Shown in pieces: positions 17,678 through 28,063 of a stretch of 40,128 bases of DNA (positions within the stretch are counted from its first letter, which is position 1; every line of letters starts with the position of its first letter). The notes under the pieces are model-generated. The model ran no database searches. It was not told where the DNA came from and was given only the letters and a program-made list of their open reading frames with translations. Source of the stretch: Candidatus Deferrimicrobiaceae bacterium (GTDB lineage Bacteria > Desulfobacterota > Deferrimicrobia > Deferrimicrobiales > Deferrimicrobiaceae); contig DASWBR010000067.1 in NCBI GenBank assembly GCA_036390495.1, positions 1 to 40,128 of the forward strand, given 5' to 3'. The translations under genes were made by a program, and so were the position numbers.

Positions 17678-19974
17678 CCCGTCCCCGGTCCCTCCGGGCC
17701 GCGATGGCGGTCCTCCTCTGGGCGGCCTCCCTCGCTTCCGCCACGGCGCAGGGGTTCCGCGTGGTCGACATCGAGGTGCAGGGCGCGCGCCGCGTTTCCC
17801 CCGACAACATCCGCCAGGCGATGACGACGAAGGTCGGGCAGGAGCTCGACCTCGCGAAGGTGCGGGAGGACGTCAAGTCGATCTACCGCCTCGGGTATTT
17901 CCGCGACGTGACGTTCGAGGCGGAGGAGACCGCGGGCGGGTACCGTCTCACGATCCTCGTCGCCGAGAAGCCGGTCGTGGGGTCCGTACAGATCGAGGGG
18001 AACAAGGACGTGGATACCGCCGACCTCAAGGCCGCCGTCACCCTGAAGGAGCGGACCCTGTTCCAGGAAGAGAAGGTGAAGGAATCCGTCGGGAAACTGC
18101 AGGAGGTTTGCCAGAACAAAGGGTTCATCGATGCCTCGGTGGAGGCGGCCGTTTCCGAGGACGCCGAGGGGGCGATCCGGGTGACGTTCCGCGTGAAAGA
18201 GGGGGAGAAGCTCAAGATCGAGCAGATCCGGGTGGCGGGGAACCTCTACTTCACGGAGAAGGCCATCCGCAAGGTGATGGAAACATCGGAGAAGGGGTTC
18301 TTCTCCTTCCTGACCGATTCGGGCGTGTTCAAGAAGGATGTCCTCGAGAACGACATCCGGAGGATCGAGGCGCTGTACCAGAACAACGGGTTCATCGACT
18401 CCAAGGTGTTCGATCCGGCGGTCTCCCGGGGGAAGGAAGGGCTGGTCGTCACCATCCGCGTCTTCGAGGGAAGGCAGTACCGCGTCGGCGAAATCCGGTT
18501 CGCAGGGGAGTCCGGAATCCCGGAGGAGAGGTTGCGGGGTATCGTGAAGCTGATCCCGGGGGAGGTGCTCAACCGGGAAATCGTCCTGGCAGACCTGCTC
18601 GCCCTGACCAGTCAGGTGAACGACAAGGGGTACGCGCAGGCGCTCGTCTCCCCGGGGGTCGAGAAACGGAAGGAGTACCCCGTCGCGGACGTGACGTACC
18701 GATTCGAACGGGGAACGAAATTCCGGTTCGGAAAGGTGGAGATCTCCGGGAACACGAAGACGCTCGACCGGATCGTCCGTCGGAACCTCGACATTGCCGA
18801 CGGGGCGATCTACAGCGGGACCGCGCTGAAGACCACCAAGGAGAACCTCTCCCGGATCGGCTACTTCAAGGACGTCAAGATCGGCACCGCCCCGTCCGCC
18901 ACGCCGGGCGAGATGGACGTGAAGGTGGACGTGCAGGAGGGGCCGACCGGGACCCTCTCCGGCGGGGCGGGGTACAGTTCCGTGGACAAGATCTTCGGCG
19001 TCGTCAACCTGAGCGAGAACAACCTGTTCGGGCGGGCCTGGAAACTGTCGCTCAACACGCAGTTCGGCGCGAAGCGGACGACGTTCGCGCTCGATTTCCG
19101 GGACCCGTACTTCCTCGACACCGATTACAACCTCCTCCTGACCGCCTACAAGTCGGAGATCAAGTACACCGACTTCGAGAAGAAGTCGACGGGCGGGCGC
19201 GTGGGACTGGGGTACAACCTCACCCGGTTCCTGAGCGCGTCGGTCGCATTCCGGGTCGACGACACCCAGATCTACGCCATCTCGGGGGTGCCCCCCTCCA
19301 CGACCGTCCAGCAGGCGATCGACCTGGGACTCCAGAAGACCCGGAGCGTTTCCCTGAACATGGTCCGGAACACCACGGACCGGAACATCGACCCCTCGCG
19401 CGGGAGCGTGCAATCGGTTAGTCTGGAGTACGCCGGGGACCCCCTGGGCGGGAACACCCAGGTCGTGAAATATTTCCTGAACTGGAAGCAGTTCCTCCCG
19501 GTAACCGCCACGACGACGTTCTCGATGAACGCCCTCTGGGGTCACACGATCCCCAACTACGGGGGGTTCGGGGACGGGGAAGTGCCCCTCTACGAGCGGT
19601 TCTTCCTCGGGGGGCCTTACAGCGTCCGGGGATTCAAGTCCCGCACGCTCTCTCCGGTGGACCCCAATACGGGGGAACTGGTCGGGGGGAACAAGGAGTT
19701 CATCCTCAACCTGGAGTACACGTTTCCCCTGGTCAGCGAGATCGGGTTCAAGGGGGTGCTGTTCACCGACTTCGGGAACGCCTGGGCGCAGGGGGTGTGG
19801 CCGTTCCAGAACGGGGACCTGATCGGCGAGGGGGGGGTCTGGGTCGGCTACGGGGTGGGCATCCGGTGGTACTCCCCGATGGGGCCGTTGCGGTTCGAGG
19901 TGGGGTGGAACTACAACGCGCCGCCCGGGGCGCCGAAGCGCGTGATGGAGTTCACGGTCGGAACGCCGTTCTGA
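17674..19974 (+). CDS. bamA: Outer membrane protein assembly factor BamA (766 aa)
   Basis: Signal peptide, POTRA repeats, GNTKTLD, NLFGR, loop-6 VRGF, SPMGPL and C-terminal beta-signal EFTVGTPF. Start taken as the GTG overlapping the lolD stop. Confidence 0.95.
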   Translation: MTRPRSLRAAMAVLLWAASLASATAQGFRVVDIEVQGARRVSPDNIRQAMTTKVGQELDLAKVREDVKSIYRLGYFRDVTFEAEETAGGYRLTILVAEKPVVGSVQIEGNKDVDTADLKAAVTLKERTLFQEEKVKESVGKLQEVCQNKGFIDASVEAAVSEDAEGAIRVTFRVKEGEKLKIEQIRVAGNLYFTEKAIRKVMETSEKGFFSFLTDSGVFKKDVLENDIRRIEALYQNNGFIDSKVFDPAVSRGKEGLVVTIRVFEGRQYRVGEIRFAGESGIPEERLRGIVKLIPGEVLNREIVLADLLALTSQVNDKGYAQALVSPGVEKRKEYPVADVTYRFERGTKFRFGKVEISGNTKTLDRIVRRNLDIADGAIYSGTALKTTKENLSRIGYFKDVKIGTAPSATPGEMDVKVDVQEGPTGTLSGGAGYSSVDKIFGVVNLSENNLFGRAWKLSLNTQFGAKRTTFALDFRDPYFLDTDYNLLLTAYKSEIKYTDFEKKSTGGRVGLGYNLTRFLSASVAFRVDDTQIYAISGVPPSTTVQQAIDLGLQKTRSVSLNMVRNTTDRNIDPSRGSVQSVSLEYAGDPLGGNTQVVKYFLNWKQFLPVTATTTFSMNALWGHTIPNYGGFGDGEVPLYERFFLGGPYSVRGFKSRTLSPVDPNTGELVGGNKEFILNLEYTFPLVSEIGFKGVLFTDFGNAWAQGVWPFQNGDLIGEGGVWVGYGVGIRWYSPMGPLRFEVGWNYNAPPGAPKRVMEFTVGTPF

Positions 19975-19996
19975 CACCAACAGGGACAAGGAGGGA

Positions 19997-20566
19997 ATGA
20001 TGGGAGAGGGAAGGAAATTCCGGATCACCGTGGTGGCGACCATCCTGGCGGCGGCCTTCCTCGCGGGGACTTCCCGTGCGGAAGGGATCCGCGTCGCGGT
20101 CATCGACGTCAACAAGATCCTGAACGAGTCCCAGGCGGGCCAGGCGGCGAAAAAGAAGATGGAGGCGCGCTACGAGGAGATCAAGAAGGCGATCGATGCG
20201 AAGCAGGAGGAGGCGAAGAAGCTCAAGGACGAGATCGACAAGCAGAAGGTGATGCTGGGGAAGGAGAAGCTGAAGGAGAAGGAAGACGCCCTCCAGGCGA
20301 AGGTGAACGAGTTGCGTCAGCTGACCCAGGACGGGGAGAAGGAGATGCAGACCCGGCAGGGGGAATTGACCCGGGACGTCCTCAAGGTCATCGAGGTCCA
20401 TCTGGACGCGGTGGTGAAGGCGGAGAAGCTCGACCTCGTGCTGGAGCGCTCCGCCGGCGTCGTCCACTTCGCGGATTCCCTCGACATCACCCGGCGGGTC
20501 CTCGAACTCGTGAACAAGGCGCCGGCGCCGGCGGCGGAGAAGAAGGAGGGGGGCGGTGGGAAGTAG
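19997..20566 (+). CDS. skp: Periplasmic chaperone Skp/OmpH
   Basis: Signal peptide, [10 protein letters not shown], coiled-coil body, DITRRVL. Lies between bamA and lpxD. Confidence 0.92.
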   Translation: MMGEGRKFRITVVATILAAAFLAGTSRAEGIRVAVIDVNKILNESQAGQAAKKKMEARYEEIKKAIDAKQEEAKKLKDEIDKQKVMLGKEKLKEKEDALQAKVNELRQLTQDGEKEMQTRQGELTRDVLKVIEVHLDAVVKAEKLDLVLERSAGVVHFADSLDITRRVLELVNKAPAPAAEKKEGGGGK

Positions 20567-21587
20567 CATCTTCCTCTCCGCACTCGCCGGGAAGATCGGC
20601 GCGGTCCTGTCGGGCCCGGACGCCGAGGTGAGCGGCATTGCCTCGCTCGAGGAGGCGGGCCCCGGGCAGGTGACGTTCCTCTCCAACCCGAAATACGCGC
20701 AGCTTGCCCGGGGGACGAAGGCGTCCGCGGTCATCGCCAGGGAGCCCATCCCGGGCGTTCCCTGCTCCTTCCTCCTGGCGCCGAACCCGTACTTCGCCTT
20801 CGCGTGCGCCATGGAGCAGTTCCACCCCCCGGTCCGGCCAGCCCCCGGGATCTCTCCGCGGTCGGCCGTCCACCCGGGAGCCTCCCTGGGGAAAGACGTT
20901 TCGATCGGACCGTTCGCCGTCGTGGAGGAGGGGGCCGTCCTCGGGGACCGGGTGGCGGTGCTCGCCGGGGCGTACGTCGGTAAGGGGGCCAGCGTCGGGG
21001 AGGACAGCCTCCTGTACCCGCGCGTGACCCTGTACGAAGGGGTGCGGGTCGGGAAGCGGGTCATCCTGCACGCCGGGTGCGTCGTAGGGAGCGACGGGTT
21101 CGGCTTCGCCCCGTCGCCCCAGGGATTCCGGAAGATCCCGCAGGTGGGGATCGTCGTGATCGAGGACGACGTGGAGGTCGGGGCGAACACCACGATCGAC
21201 CGGGCGGCCCTCGGCGTCACGCGCATCGGCAGGGGAACGAAGCTCGACAACCTCATCCAGGTGGGCCACAACGTCGTCATCGGCACGGACACGGTGATCG
21301 CCGCACAGGTCGGGATCTCCGGGAGCAGCCGCGTCGGGAGCCGGGTGATGATCGGGGGGCAGGCGGGGCTCGCCGGGCACCTCGAGGTGGGCGACGGCGT
21401 GATGCTCGGGGCCCAGGCCGGGGTGGCCGGTTCGCTGTCGGCCGCCGAATCCCCCGGATGGTCGGGAACTCCCGCGATGCCGCACAAGACGTGGCTGCGG
21501 GTGGTGACGCTGCTGCCGAAGCTCCCGGAGCTGTTCCGACGCGTCAGGAGTCTGGAGGAAGGAAAACGCGCAAAGGGGGAGGGATGA
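20556..21587 (+). CDS. lpxD: UDP-3-O-(3-hydroxyacyl)glucosamine N-acyltransferase
   Basis: Hexapeptide repeats, [34 protein letters not shown]. Confidence 0.96.
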   Translation: MGSSIFLSALAGKIGAVLSGPDAEVSGIASLEEAGPGQVTFLSNPKYAQLARGTKASAVIAREPIPGVPCSFLLAPNPYFAFACAMEQFHPPVRPAPGISPRSAVHPGASLGKDVSIGPFAVVEEGAVLGDRVAVLAGAYVGKGASVGEDSLLYPRVTLYEGVRVGKRVILHAGCVVGSDGFGFAPSPQGFRKIPQVGIVVIEDDVEVGANTTIDRAALGVTRIGRGTKLDNLIQVGHNVVIGTDTVIAAQVGISGSSRVGSRVMIGGQAGLAGHLEVGDGVMLGAQAGVAGSLSAAESPGWSGTPAMPHKTWLRVVTLLPKLPELFRRVRSLEEGKRAKGEG

Positions 21588-21588
21588 G

Positions 21589-22047
21589 ATGTTCTCGATC
21601 GGCGAGATCATGGAACTGCTGCCGCACCGGTACCCGTTTCTCCTCGTCGACCGGATCGTGGAGTGGGACCCGGGGAAGAAGATCGTCGGCATCAAGAACG
21701 TGACCATCAACGAGCCGTTCTTCCAGGGACATTTCCCCGGACGCCCGATCATGCCGGGCGTGCTCATCATCGAGGCGCTCGCGCAGGTCGGAGGGATCCT
21801 CGCCCTGAAGGCGATGGGAGGGGGGAAACGCCTCGCCTACTTCGGCGGCATCGACGGCTGCAAGTTCCGCCGGATGGTTGTGCCGGGCGACCAGCTTCGG
21901 CTCGAGGTGACCGTCCAGGCGCACCGGGGACCTGTGTGGAAGATGCACGGAGAGGCGTTCGTCGACGGCGTGCTCGTGGCGAAGGGGGTCATGACCGCCA
22001 CGATCCCGGACGGCGTGGAAGCGCCGGCGGAAGGTGACGGCCAATGA
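21589..22047 (+). CDS. fabZ: 3-hydroxyacyl-ACP dehydratase FabZ
   Basis: [39 protein letters not shown]. Confidence 0.97.
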   Translation: MFSIGEIMELLPHRYPFLLVDRIVEWDPGKKIVGIKNVTINEPFFQGHFPGRPIMPGVLIIEALAQVGGILALKAMGGGKRLAYFGGIDGCKFRRMVVPGDQLRLEVTVQAHRGPVWKMHGEAFVDGVLVAKGVMTATIPDGVEAPAEGDGQ

Positions 22048-22826
22048 TCCACCCCACGGCCATCATCGATCCCGGGGCGGAGCTCGGGAAGGACGTCACC
22101 GTCGGGCCGTATGCCATCGTCGGGCCGAAGGTGACGATCGGGGACGGCTGCACCGTCGGGTCGCACGCCGTGATCGAATCCCACGTCCGCATGGGGAAGG
22201 GGAACCGGATCCACTCCTTCGCCTCCGTCGGCGCGATCCCGCAGGACCTGAAGTTCCGGGGAGAGGAGTCGTGGGTGGAGATGGGGGACGGGAACATCGT
22301 CCGGGAGTTCGCCACGGTGAACCGCGGGACCGCGGGGGGAGGGGGGCTGACGAAGATCGGGAACAACACCCTCGTGATGGCCTACGTCCACCTCGCCCAC
22401 GACTGCATCGTGGGGAGCCGCGTGATCATGGCGAACGCCGTGACCCTCGCGGGGCACGTCACGGTGGAAGACGGCGCGATCATCGGCGGGCTGACCGGAA
22501 TCCACCAGTTCGTGCGGATCGGCGCGCACTGCATGATCGGGGCGATGTCCGGGGTGGGGCAGGACGTCCCTCCCTACGTCACGGCGGTGGCGTCCAGGCC
22601 GCAGAAGGGTCCCGCCCTGTACGGGCTGAACCTGATCGGCCTGAAGAGGAACCGGTTCCCGGAGGAGACGATCGCCGCCTTGAAACAGGCGTTCAGAATC
22701 CTCTTCCGGTCGGAGACGCCCGTCAAGGAGTCCCTGGCGCGCGCGGAGGCCGAACTGCCGCCGCTGCCGGAGGTGCGGCACATGATCGAGTTCGTCCGTT
22801 CGAGCAAGCGGGGCGTCCTGAGGTAA
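22044..22826 (+). CDS. lpxA: UDP-N-acetylglucosamine O-acyltransferase
   Basis: [48 protein letters not shown]. Confidence 0.96.
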   Translation: MIHPTAIIDPGAELGKDVTVGPYAIVGPKVTIGDGCTVGSHAVIESHVRMGKGNRIHSFASVGAIPQDLKFRGEESWVEMGDGNIVREFATVNRGTAGGGGLTKIGNNTLVMAYVHLAHDCIVGSRVIMANAVTLAGHVTVEDGAIIGGLTGIHQFVRIGAHCMIGAMSGVGQDVPPYVTAVASRPQKGPALYGLNLIGLKRNRFPEETIAALKQAFRILFRSETPVKESLARAEAELPPLPEVRHMIEFVRSSKRGVLR

Positions 22827-22829
22827 GGG

Positions 22830-23975
22830 ATGCCGCGGACCCTGTTCCTCCTCTGCGGGGAGCCGTCCGGGGAGGTGTACGCCTCGCGCGTCGCGCGGGC
22901 GTTCCGCGAGCGGTACCCGGGCGTGCCGGTCGAAGGGATCGGCAGTTCGCGGCTCGAGAGCGAGGGGGTCCGGCTCCTGAGGGATTACGGGGACATCTCC
23001 GTCATGGGGTTCACCGGGGTGGTGAAGCGCCTCCCGGCGATCCGGAGAGCGCTCCGGGAGGCGACGGATCGGGTTTCCCGCCCGGACGTCGGCGCGGTCG
23101 TCCTGGTCGACTTCCCGGATTTCAACTTCCGGGTCGGGCTCGCCGCCTGGAAACGCGGGGTGCCCGTGGTCTACTACATTCCTCCGCAGGTGTGGGCGTG
23201 GCGGACCGGGAGGGCGCGTACGCTGGCGCGCTTCACCCGCGGCGCCGTCGTCCTGTTCCCGTTCGAGGAGGAGTTCCTGCGGCGGTACGGGGTCAACGCC
23301 GTCTTCGCGGGGCACCCGCTGATGGAGGAGCTCGCCCCGGTTCTCGACGCGCCCGCCGAGCCCGCGCGGTTCGGCATCCCGGCGGGGAAGCGGGTCGTGG
23401 GCCTCCTCCCGGGGAGCCGGCCGTCGGAGATCCACCATCACCTACAGGCGTTGCTGTCGGCGGCCCGCATCGTGGCGGAACGGTCCCCGGACGTGCATTT
23501 CGCGCTTCCGGTGGCCCGTCCGGCGCTCCGGGACTCCATCGAGCGGGGAGTTTCCGGGTGCGGGCTTCCCCTGACGCTCGTTTCCGAGGATCGGCACCGT
23601 CTCTTCCGGTGCATGCACGCCGCCCTGGCCGTGTCCGGAACCGTGACGCTGGAGCTCGCCCTTCTCGGCGTTCCGCCGGTCATCGTCTACCGGGCCTCGT
23701 GGATCAACTTCCGCATCGCGAAGGCGTTCGCGAAGGTTCGCTCCATCGGCCTGCCCAACCTCGCGGCGGGGGAGCCGTTCCTGCCGGAACTGATCCAGGA
23801 CGATTTCACCCCGGCGCGCGCGGCGGCCGCCCTGCTCGGGGTGACGGAGGATCCGGCCCGCTACGAGGCGCTGCGGGACCGGTGTCTCGCCCTGCGGGAG
23901 GTCCTGCGGGGGACGGGTCCGACGGAGGCCGTCCTGGGCATGCTCGGAAGGGAGGCACCGGACGCATGGCAGTGA
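22830..23975 (+). CDS. lpxB: Lipid-A-disaccharide synthase
   Basis: GEPSG, VDFPDFN, YYIPPQVWAWR, FPFE, GHPL, LLPGSR, SGTVTLE, GLPNL, PELIQ. Confidence 0.96.
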   Translation: MPRTLFLLCGEPSGEVYASRVARAFRERYPGVPVEGIGSSRLESEGVRLLRDYGDISVMGFTGVVKRLPAIRRALREATDRVSRPDVGAVVLVDFPDFNFRVGLAAWKRGVPVVYYIPPQVWAWRTGRARTLARFTRGAVVLFPFEEEFLRRYGVNAVFAGHPLMEELAPVLDAPAEPARFGIPAGKRVVGLLPGSRPSEIHHHLQALLSAARIVAERSPDVHFALPVARPALRDSIERGVSGCGLPLTLVSEDRHRLFRCMHAALAVSGTVTLELALLGVPPVIVYRASWINFRIAKAFAKVRSIGLPNLAAGEPFLPELIQDDFTPARAAAALLGVTEDPARYEALRDRCLALREVLRGTGPTEAVLGMLGREAPDAWQ

Positions 23976-25732
23976 CCCCGTACCGCAGGATGCTCGGTTA
24001 CGTGCGCCCCTACGTCCCGCGACTGGGGCTCGCGATGCTCCTCATGATCGGCGTGTCCGCCCTCAACGGGGCGGTGGCGTACCTGGTGAAACCGATCCTC
24101 GACGACATCTTCATCCTGCGGGACGCCGGCCGGCTGGCCTACGTTCCGTTTCTCATCCTCGGGATCTACTTCACGCGGGGCGTGCTCGAGTTCTCCCACC
24201 TCTACCTGATGAGCGGAGCGGGCCAGCGGGTCGTCCGGGACATCCGGCAGCACCTCTACAGCCACATGCAGTCGCTCTCGCTGTCGTTCTACCTGCGCCA
24301 CCCCGCGGGCGTGCTCATGTCCCGGGTCATGAACGACGTGACGCTGATGCAGTCCGCGATCACCGATGCCGCCACCGGGCTGGTCAAGGACATCTTCACC
24401 GTCCTGTTCCTCGTGGGCGTCGTCTTCTACCGGGACTGGAAGATGGCCATCGTGGCGCTGGTGGTGTTCCCCATGGCCTTCTGGCCGATCGCCCGCTTCG
24501 GCCGGCGGCTCCGGAAGACCAGCACCCGCACGCAGGAGGTCATGGGGTCGCTTTCTTCCCACCTCCAGGAGACGATCAGCGGCGCGAAGCTCGTCAAGTC
24601 GTTCGGCGCGGAGGGGTACGAGGTCGACCGGTTTACCGTCCGGAACCAGGAACTGTTCCGCCTGAGCATGAAGGTGGTGAAGGTCCAGGCCATGACCGCC
24701 CCGCTGTCGGATGTGTTCGGGGGGATTGGCGCCGCCGCCGTCGTCTATTACGGGGGGTACAACGTGGTGAACGGGCACACCACCCCGGGGAACTTCTTCT
24801 CCTTCATCACGGCCCTGTTCATGCTGTACGCCCCCGTGAAGGGGCTTTCCCGGGTGAACAACGTCGTCCAGCAGGGGATCGCGGCCGGGGTCCGGGTCTT
24901 CGAGGTGGTCGACACGCTTCCGGAGGTCTTGGAAAAGGAAAACGCCGTTCCGCTTCCGCCCGTGCGGGAAGGGATCGTCTTCGACAACGTGGATTTCCGG
25001 TATTCGCCGGACGGCGACCCGGTGTTGCAGGGCATCGACCTCCGGGTCCCCGCGGGGACGTTGGTGGCGATCGTCGGGTCCAGCGGCGCGGGGAAGACCA
25101 CCCTGGTCGACCTGCTGCCCCGGTTCTACGACCCCCAGGGGGGCGCCATCCGGATCGACGGGGTCGACATCCGGGACGTGACGCTCGCTTCCCTCCGGTC
25201 CCGGATCGCCATCGTGGGCCAGCACACCGTCCTGTTCAACGACACGGTCCGGAACAACATCGCCTACGGGATGCGCGACGCCCCGATGGAAAAGGTGGTG
25301 GAGGCGGCCCGCCGGGCGAACGCCCACGGATTCATCGAGCGGATGGAGCGGGGGTATGAAACCGGGGTCGGGGAGCAGGGCTTGAGCCTCTCCGGGGGAG
25401 AGCGCCAGCGGCTCGCGATCGCGCGGGCGATCCTGAAAGACGCCCCGGTGCTCATCCTGGACGAGGCCACCTCCGCACTGGACACGGAGTCGGAGCGGGT
25501 CGTGCAGGAGGCGCTGGACACCCTCATGAAGGGTCGGACCACGTTCGTCATCGCCCACCGCCTTTCGACGGTGCGGAACGCGGACGTGATCGTCGTGATC
25601 GAGGGCGGGCGGATCGTCGAGAAGGGGCGGCACGACGAGCTCCTCTCCCGCGAATCCCGGTACCGCGGGTTCTACCTGAAGCAGTTCGAGGAGAAAGGCG
25701 CCGATCGGGGCCCTGCCGGCGGGAGGGGCTGA
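23966..25732 (+). CDS. msbA: Lipid A export ABC transporter MsbA (588 aa)
   Basis: ATG at 23966. TM domain plus NBD with GSSGAGKTT, LSGGERQR, ILDEATSALD and IAHRLST, inside the lipid A cluster. Confidence 0.92.
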   Translation: MAVTPYRRMLGYVRPYVPRLGLAMLLMIGVSALNGAVAYLVKPILDDIFILRDAGRLAYVPFLILGIYFTRGVLEFSHLYLMSGAGQRVVRDIRQHLYSHMQSLSLSFYLRHPAGVLMSRVMNDVTLMQSAITDAATGLVKDIFTVLFLVGVVFYRDWKMAIVALVVFPMAFWPIARFGRRLRKTSTRTQEVMGSLSSHLQETISGAKLVKSFGAEGYEVDRFTVRNQELFRLSMKVVKVQAMTAPLSDVFGGIGAAAVVYYGGYNVVNGHTTPGNFFSFITALFMLYAPVKGLSRVNNVVQQGIAAGVRVFEVVDTLPEVLEKENAVPLPPVREGIVFDNVDFRYSPDGDPVLQGIDLRVPAGTLVAIVGSSGAGKTTLVDLLPRFYDPQGGAIRIDGVDIRDVTLASLRSRIAIVGQHTVLFNDTVRNNIAYGMRDAPMEKVVEAARRANAHGFIERMERGYETGVGEQGLSLSGGERQRLAIARAILKDAPVLILDEATSALDTESERVVQEALDTLMKGRTTFVIAHRLSTVRNADVIVVIEGGRIVEKGRHDELLSRESRYRGFYLKQFEEKGADRGPAGGRG

Positions 25733-25736
25733 CCCG

Positions 25737-27074
25737 TTGACGAAGCCGTTCCGTCCCGGGAGCCCCCGGCATATCCTCTACAACGCCGCCATCGCCGCCG
25801 CCGCCGTCGCCGGCGCGCCGCTGTGGATTCCCTGGCTCCTTTCCGCGCGAAAGCGCCGGAAGAATTTCCCGGAACGGTTGGGGCTCCGGGATTTCCCATC
25901 CCTGCCGCCCCACGGAGGGCGGCCGAGGGTGTGGGTCCACGCCGTGTCGGTCGGGGAGACCCTCGCGGCGGCACCCCTGCTCCGCCGGCTGCGGGAGCGC
26001 GCACCCGGGGCCACGCTTCTGCTGTCGAACGTCACGCTCACCGGGCGGGAGATCGGGCAGAAGGGCCTCGCGGGAATCGTCGACGCCGGGTTCTACTTCC
26101 CCTTCGACCTGCCGGGGGTGTGCGGGCGGTTCCTGGATCGCCTCCGTCCCGATGTGGTCGTCATCGTGGAGACAGAGATCTGGCCCAACTTCCTCGCCGC
26201 GTGCGCCGCCAGGGGGATTCCCGCGGTCATCGTGAACGGCCGCCTCTCGGAGCGGTCCTTCGGGGGGTACCTCCGGCTCCGGTGGTTCTTCGCACCCGTG
26301 CTCCAGGTGTTCCGGGCGATCTCCGCCCAGAGCCGGGAGGATGCGGATCGGTTCATTGCGCTGGGGGCTCCCGCCGGGATCGTCACGGTGGGGGGGAACC
26401 TGAAGTTCGACCTCCCCCCCCCGGAGTCGATGCAGAACTTCCTTTCCGACCTCCTTGCGCGGGAGAAGGCGGACGGCGCGCGGTGGGTGGTCGCCGGTTC
26501 CACCCACGAGGGGGAAGAGGAGCTGGTACTCCGGGCCTTCCTCGCCGCCCGGAAGGTGAACCCGGAGATGAAACTGCTCCTGGCCCCCCGGCACCCGGAG
26601 CGGTTCGAAACGGTGGAGGCGCTGATCGCGAGGGAGGGAGTGGAGTCGGTCCGGCGGACCGCCCTTCCGGCCGACGCGCGTTTGGCCGGGGCCCCGGTCC
26701 TTCTCCTCGACTCCGTGGGGGAGCTCGCCGGGGCGTACGCGGCGGCGGAGCTGGCCTTCGTCGGAGGCAGCCTGGTGCCGAAGGGGGGTCACAACGTCCT
26801 GGAACCGGCGTGGCAGGGAGTGCCGACTCTGGTGGGGCCGCACATGGAGAACTTCCGGGAGATCGCCTCGACGTTTCTCTCCGCGGGCGCCCTCCTCCAG
26901 GTGGCCGGCGGCGGGGAACTCGCGGAGCGGCTCGCGCAATTCGCTGCGGACCCCGCCGCGTTCGTCGACGTCGGCCGGCGGGGCCGGGAACTCCTCGAAT
27001 CGTTGCGGGGCGCCTCCGACCGGAACGCGGCGGCGGTGCTCGTCGCCGCCGGATGCAACGGGAACGGTCCATGA
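25737..27074 (+). CDS. waaA: 3-deoxy-D-manno-octulosonic acid (Kdo) transferase
   Basis: WVHAVSVGE, ETEIWPN, NGRLS, GNLKFD, AGSTHEGEE, APRHPER, GGHNVLEPA. Confidence 0.96.
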   Translation: MTKPFRPGSPRHILYNAAIAAAAVAGAPLWIPWLLSARKRRKNFPERLGLRDFPSLPPHGGRPRVWVHAVSVGETLAAAPLLRRLRERAPGATLLLSNVTLTGREIGQKGLAGIVDAGFYFPFDLPGVCGRFLDRLRPDVVVIVETEIWPNFLAACAARGIPAVIVNGRLSERSFGGYLRLRWFFAPVLQVFRAISAQSREDADRFIALGAPAGIVTVGGNLKFDLPPPESMQNFLSDLLAREKADGARWVVAGSTHEGEEELVLRAFLAARKVNPEMKLLLAPRHPERFETVEALIAREGVESVRRTALPADARLAGAPVLLLDSVGELAGAYAAAELAFVGGSLVPKGGHNVLEPAWQGVPTLVGPHMENFREIASTFLSAGALLQVAGGGELAERLAQFAADPAAFVDVGRRGRELLESLRGASDRNAAAVLVAAGCNGNGP

Positions 27075-28063
27075 CCCTCGGGGTCGTGGCGCGGGTGCGG
27101 AGGAGTTTGTACGGGGCCGGCCTCCTTCCGGTCGAGCGCCTGCCGCGGCCGGTGGTGAGCGTGGGGAACCTCGTCCTGGGAGGGGCGGGAAAGACCCCCC
27201 ACGTCCTGCACATCGCGCGCTGGCTTTCCGGGAGCGGCTTCCGGGTGGCGATCCTCTCCCGGGGATACGGCCGCAGGAGCCGCGGCGTGGTGTGGGTCTC
27301 CCGGGGAGACGGGCGCGTCGCCTCCTCCCGGGACGCGGGGGACGAGCCGGTGCTCCTCGCCCAATCCCTCCCCGGCCTCCCGGTGGTCGTGGCGGAGTCC
27401 CGCGCCGCGGCCGGGAGAGAGGTCCTGTCGCAAGGGGCGGTGGACGTCTTCCTCCTCGACGACGGGTTCCAGCACCTGTCCCTCCGGCGGGACGCCGACC
27501 TGCTGCTGGTCGACTGCGCGCGGGGTCTTTCGAACCGCATGACCCTCCCTTTCGGGCCGCTCCGGGAGCCCCCGTCCCACGCCCGCTTCGCCGACGCCCT
27601 CGTGGTGACGAAATGCCCGGACATCCCGGCCGGCGAGCGGACGGCGAACACCGTACCGGTTCCCCCGGGCCGCCCGAGGGCATATTCCCGCCTTTCGCCG
27701 CTCGGGCTCTTCGGGCAGGACGGTCGACCGTCGGAGGCCGTGGCGCCGGGGTCGGAAATCGTCGCCTTTTCCGGCCTCGCGAACAACCGATCGTTCCGGG
27801 AGACCGTCGAGTCCGCCGGCTACCGCATCCGCCGCTTCCTTCCGTTTCCGGACCACCACGAATATTCCCGTTCGGACCTCGGGCGCATCGCGAGAGAGGC
27901 CGCGGGCCTTCCGGCGGTGACCAGCGAGAAGGACATCGTGCGCCTTCCCGGCGAGCTCCCTTTTCCGGTTTCCGCCCTGCGGGTCGCCGTGGAGTTCCTC
28001 TCGGGATGGGAAGAGATGTCGCGGATGATCCTCGACCGGATCGGGCGGGGGGCGGGACGGTGA
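27071..28063 (+). CDS. lpxK: Tetraacyldisaccharide 4'-kinase (330 aa)
   Basis: SVGNLVLGGAGKTP, SRGYG, GDEP, DDGFQH, GPLRE, FPDHH, TSEKD. Confidence 0.95.
   Translation: MTLGVVARVRRSLYGAGLLPVERLPRPVVSVGNLVLGGAGKTPHVLHIARWLSGSGFRVAILSRGYGRRSRGVVWVSRGDGRVASSRDAGDEPVLLAQSLPGLPVVVAESRAAAGREVLSQGAVDVFLLDDGFQHLSLRRDADLLLVDCARGLSNRMTLPFGPLREPPSHARFADALVVTKCPDIPAGERTANTVPVPPGRPRAYSRLSPLGLFGQDGRPSEAVAPGSEIVAFSGLANNRSFRETVESAGYRIRRFLPFPDHHEYSRSDLGRIAREAAGLPAVTSEKDIVRLPGELPFPVSALRVAVEFLSGWEEMSRMILDRIGRGAGR

Noticed and set aside
22034-25732. 1232-aa ORF suggesting a large MsbA fusion; similar apparent N-terminal extensions on lptE, holA, DUF4388, ybeY, lpxK, gmhB, ridA and purN
   Set aside because: The extensions are off-frame read-through of upstream genes. 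Real starts lie at the stop/start overlaps listed in the features.
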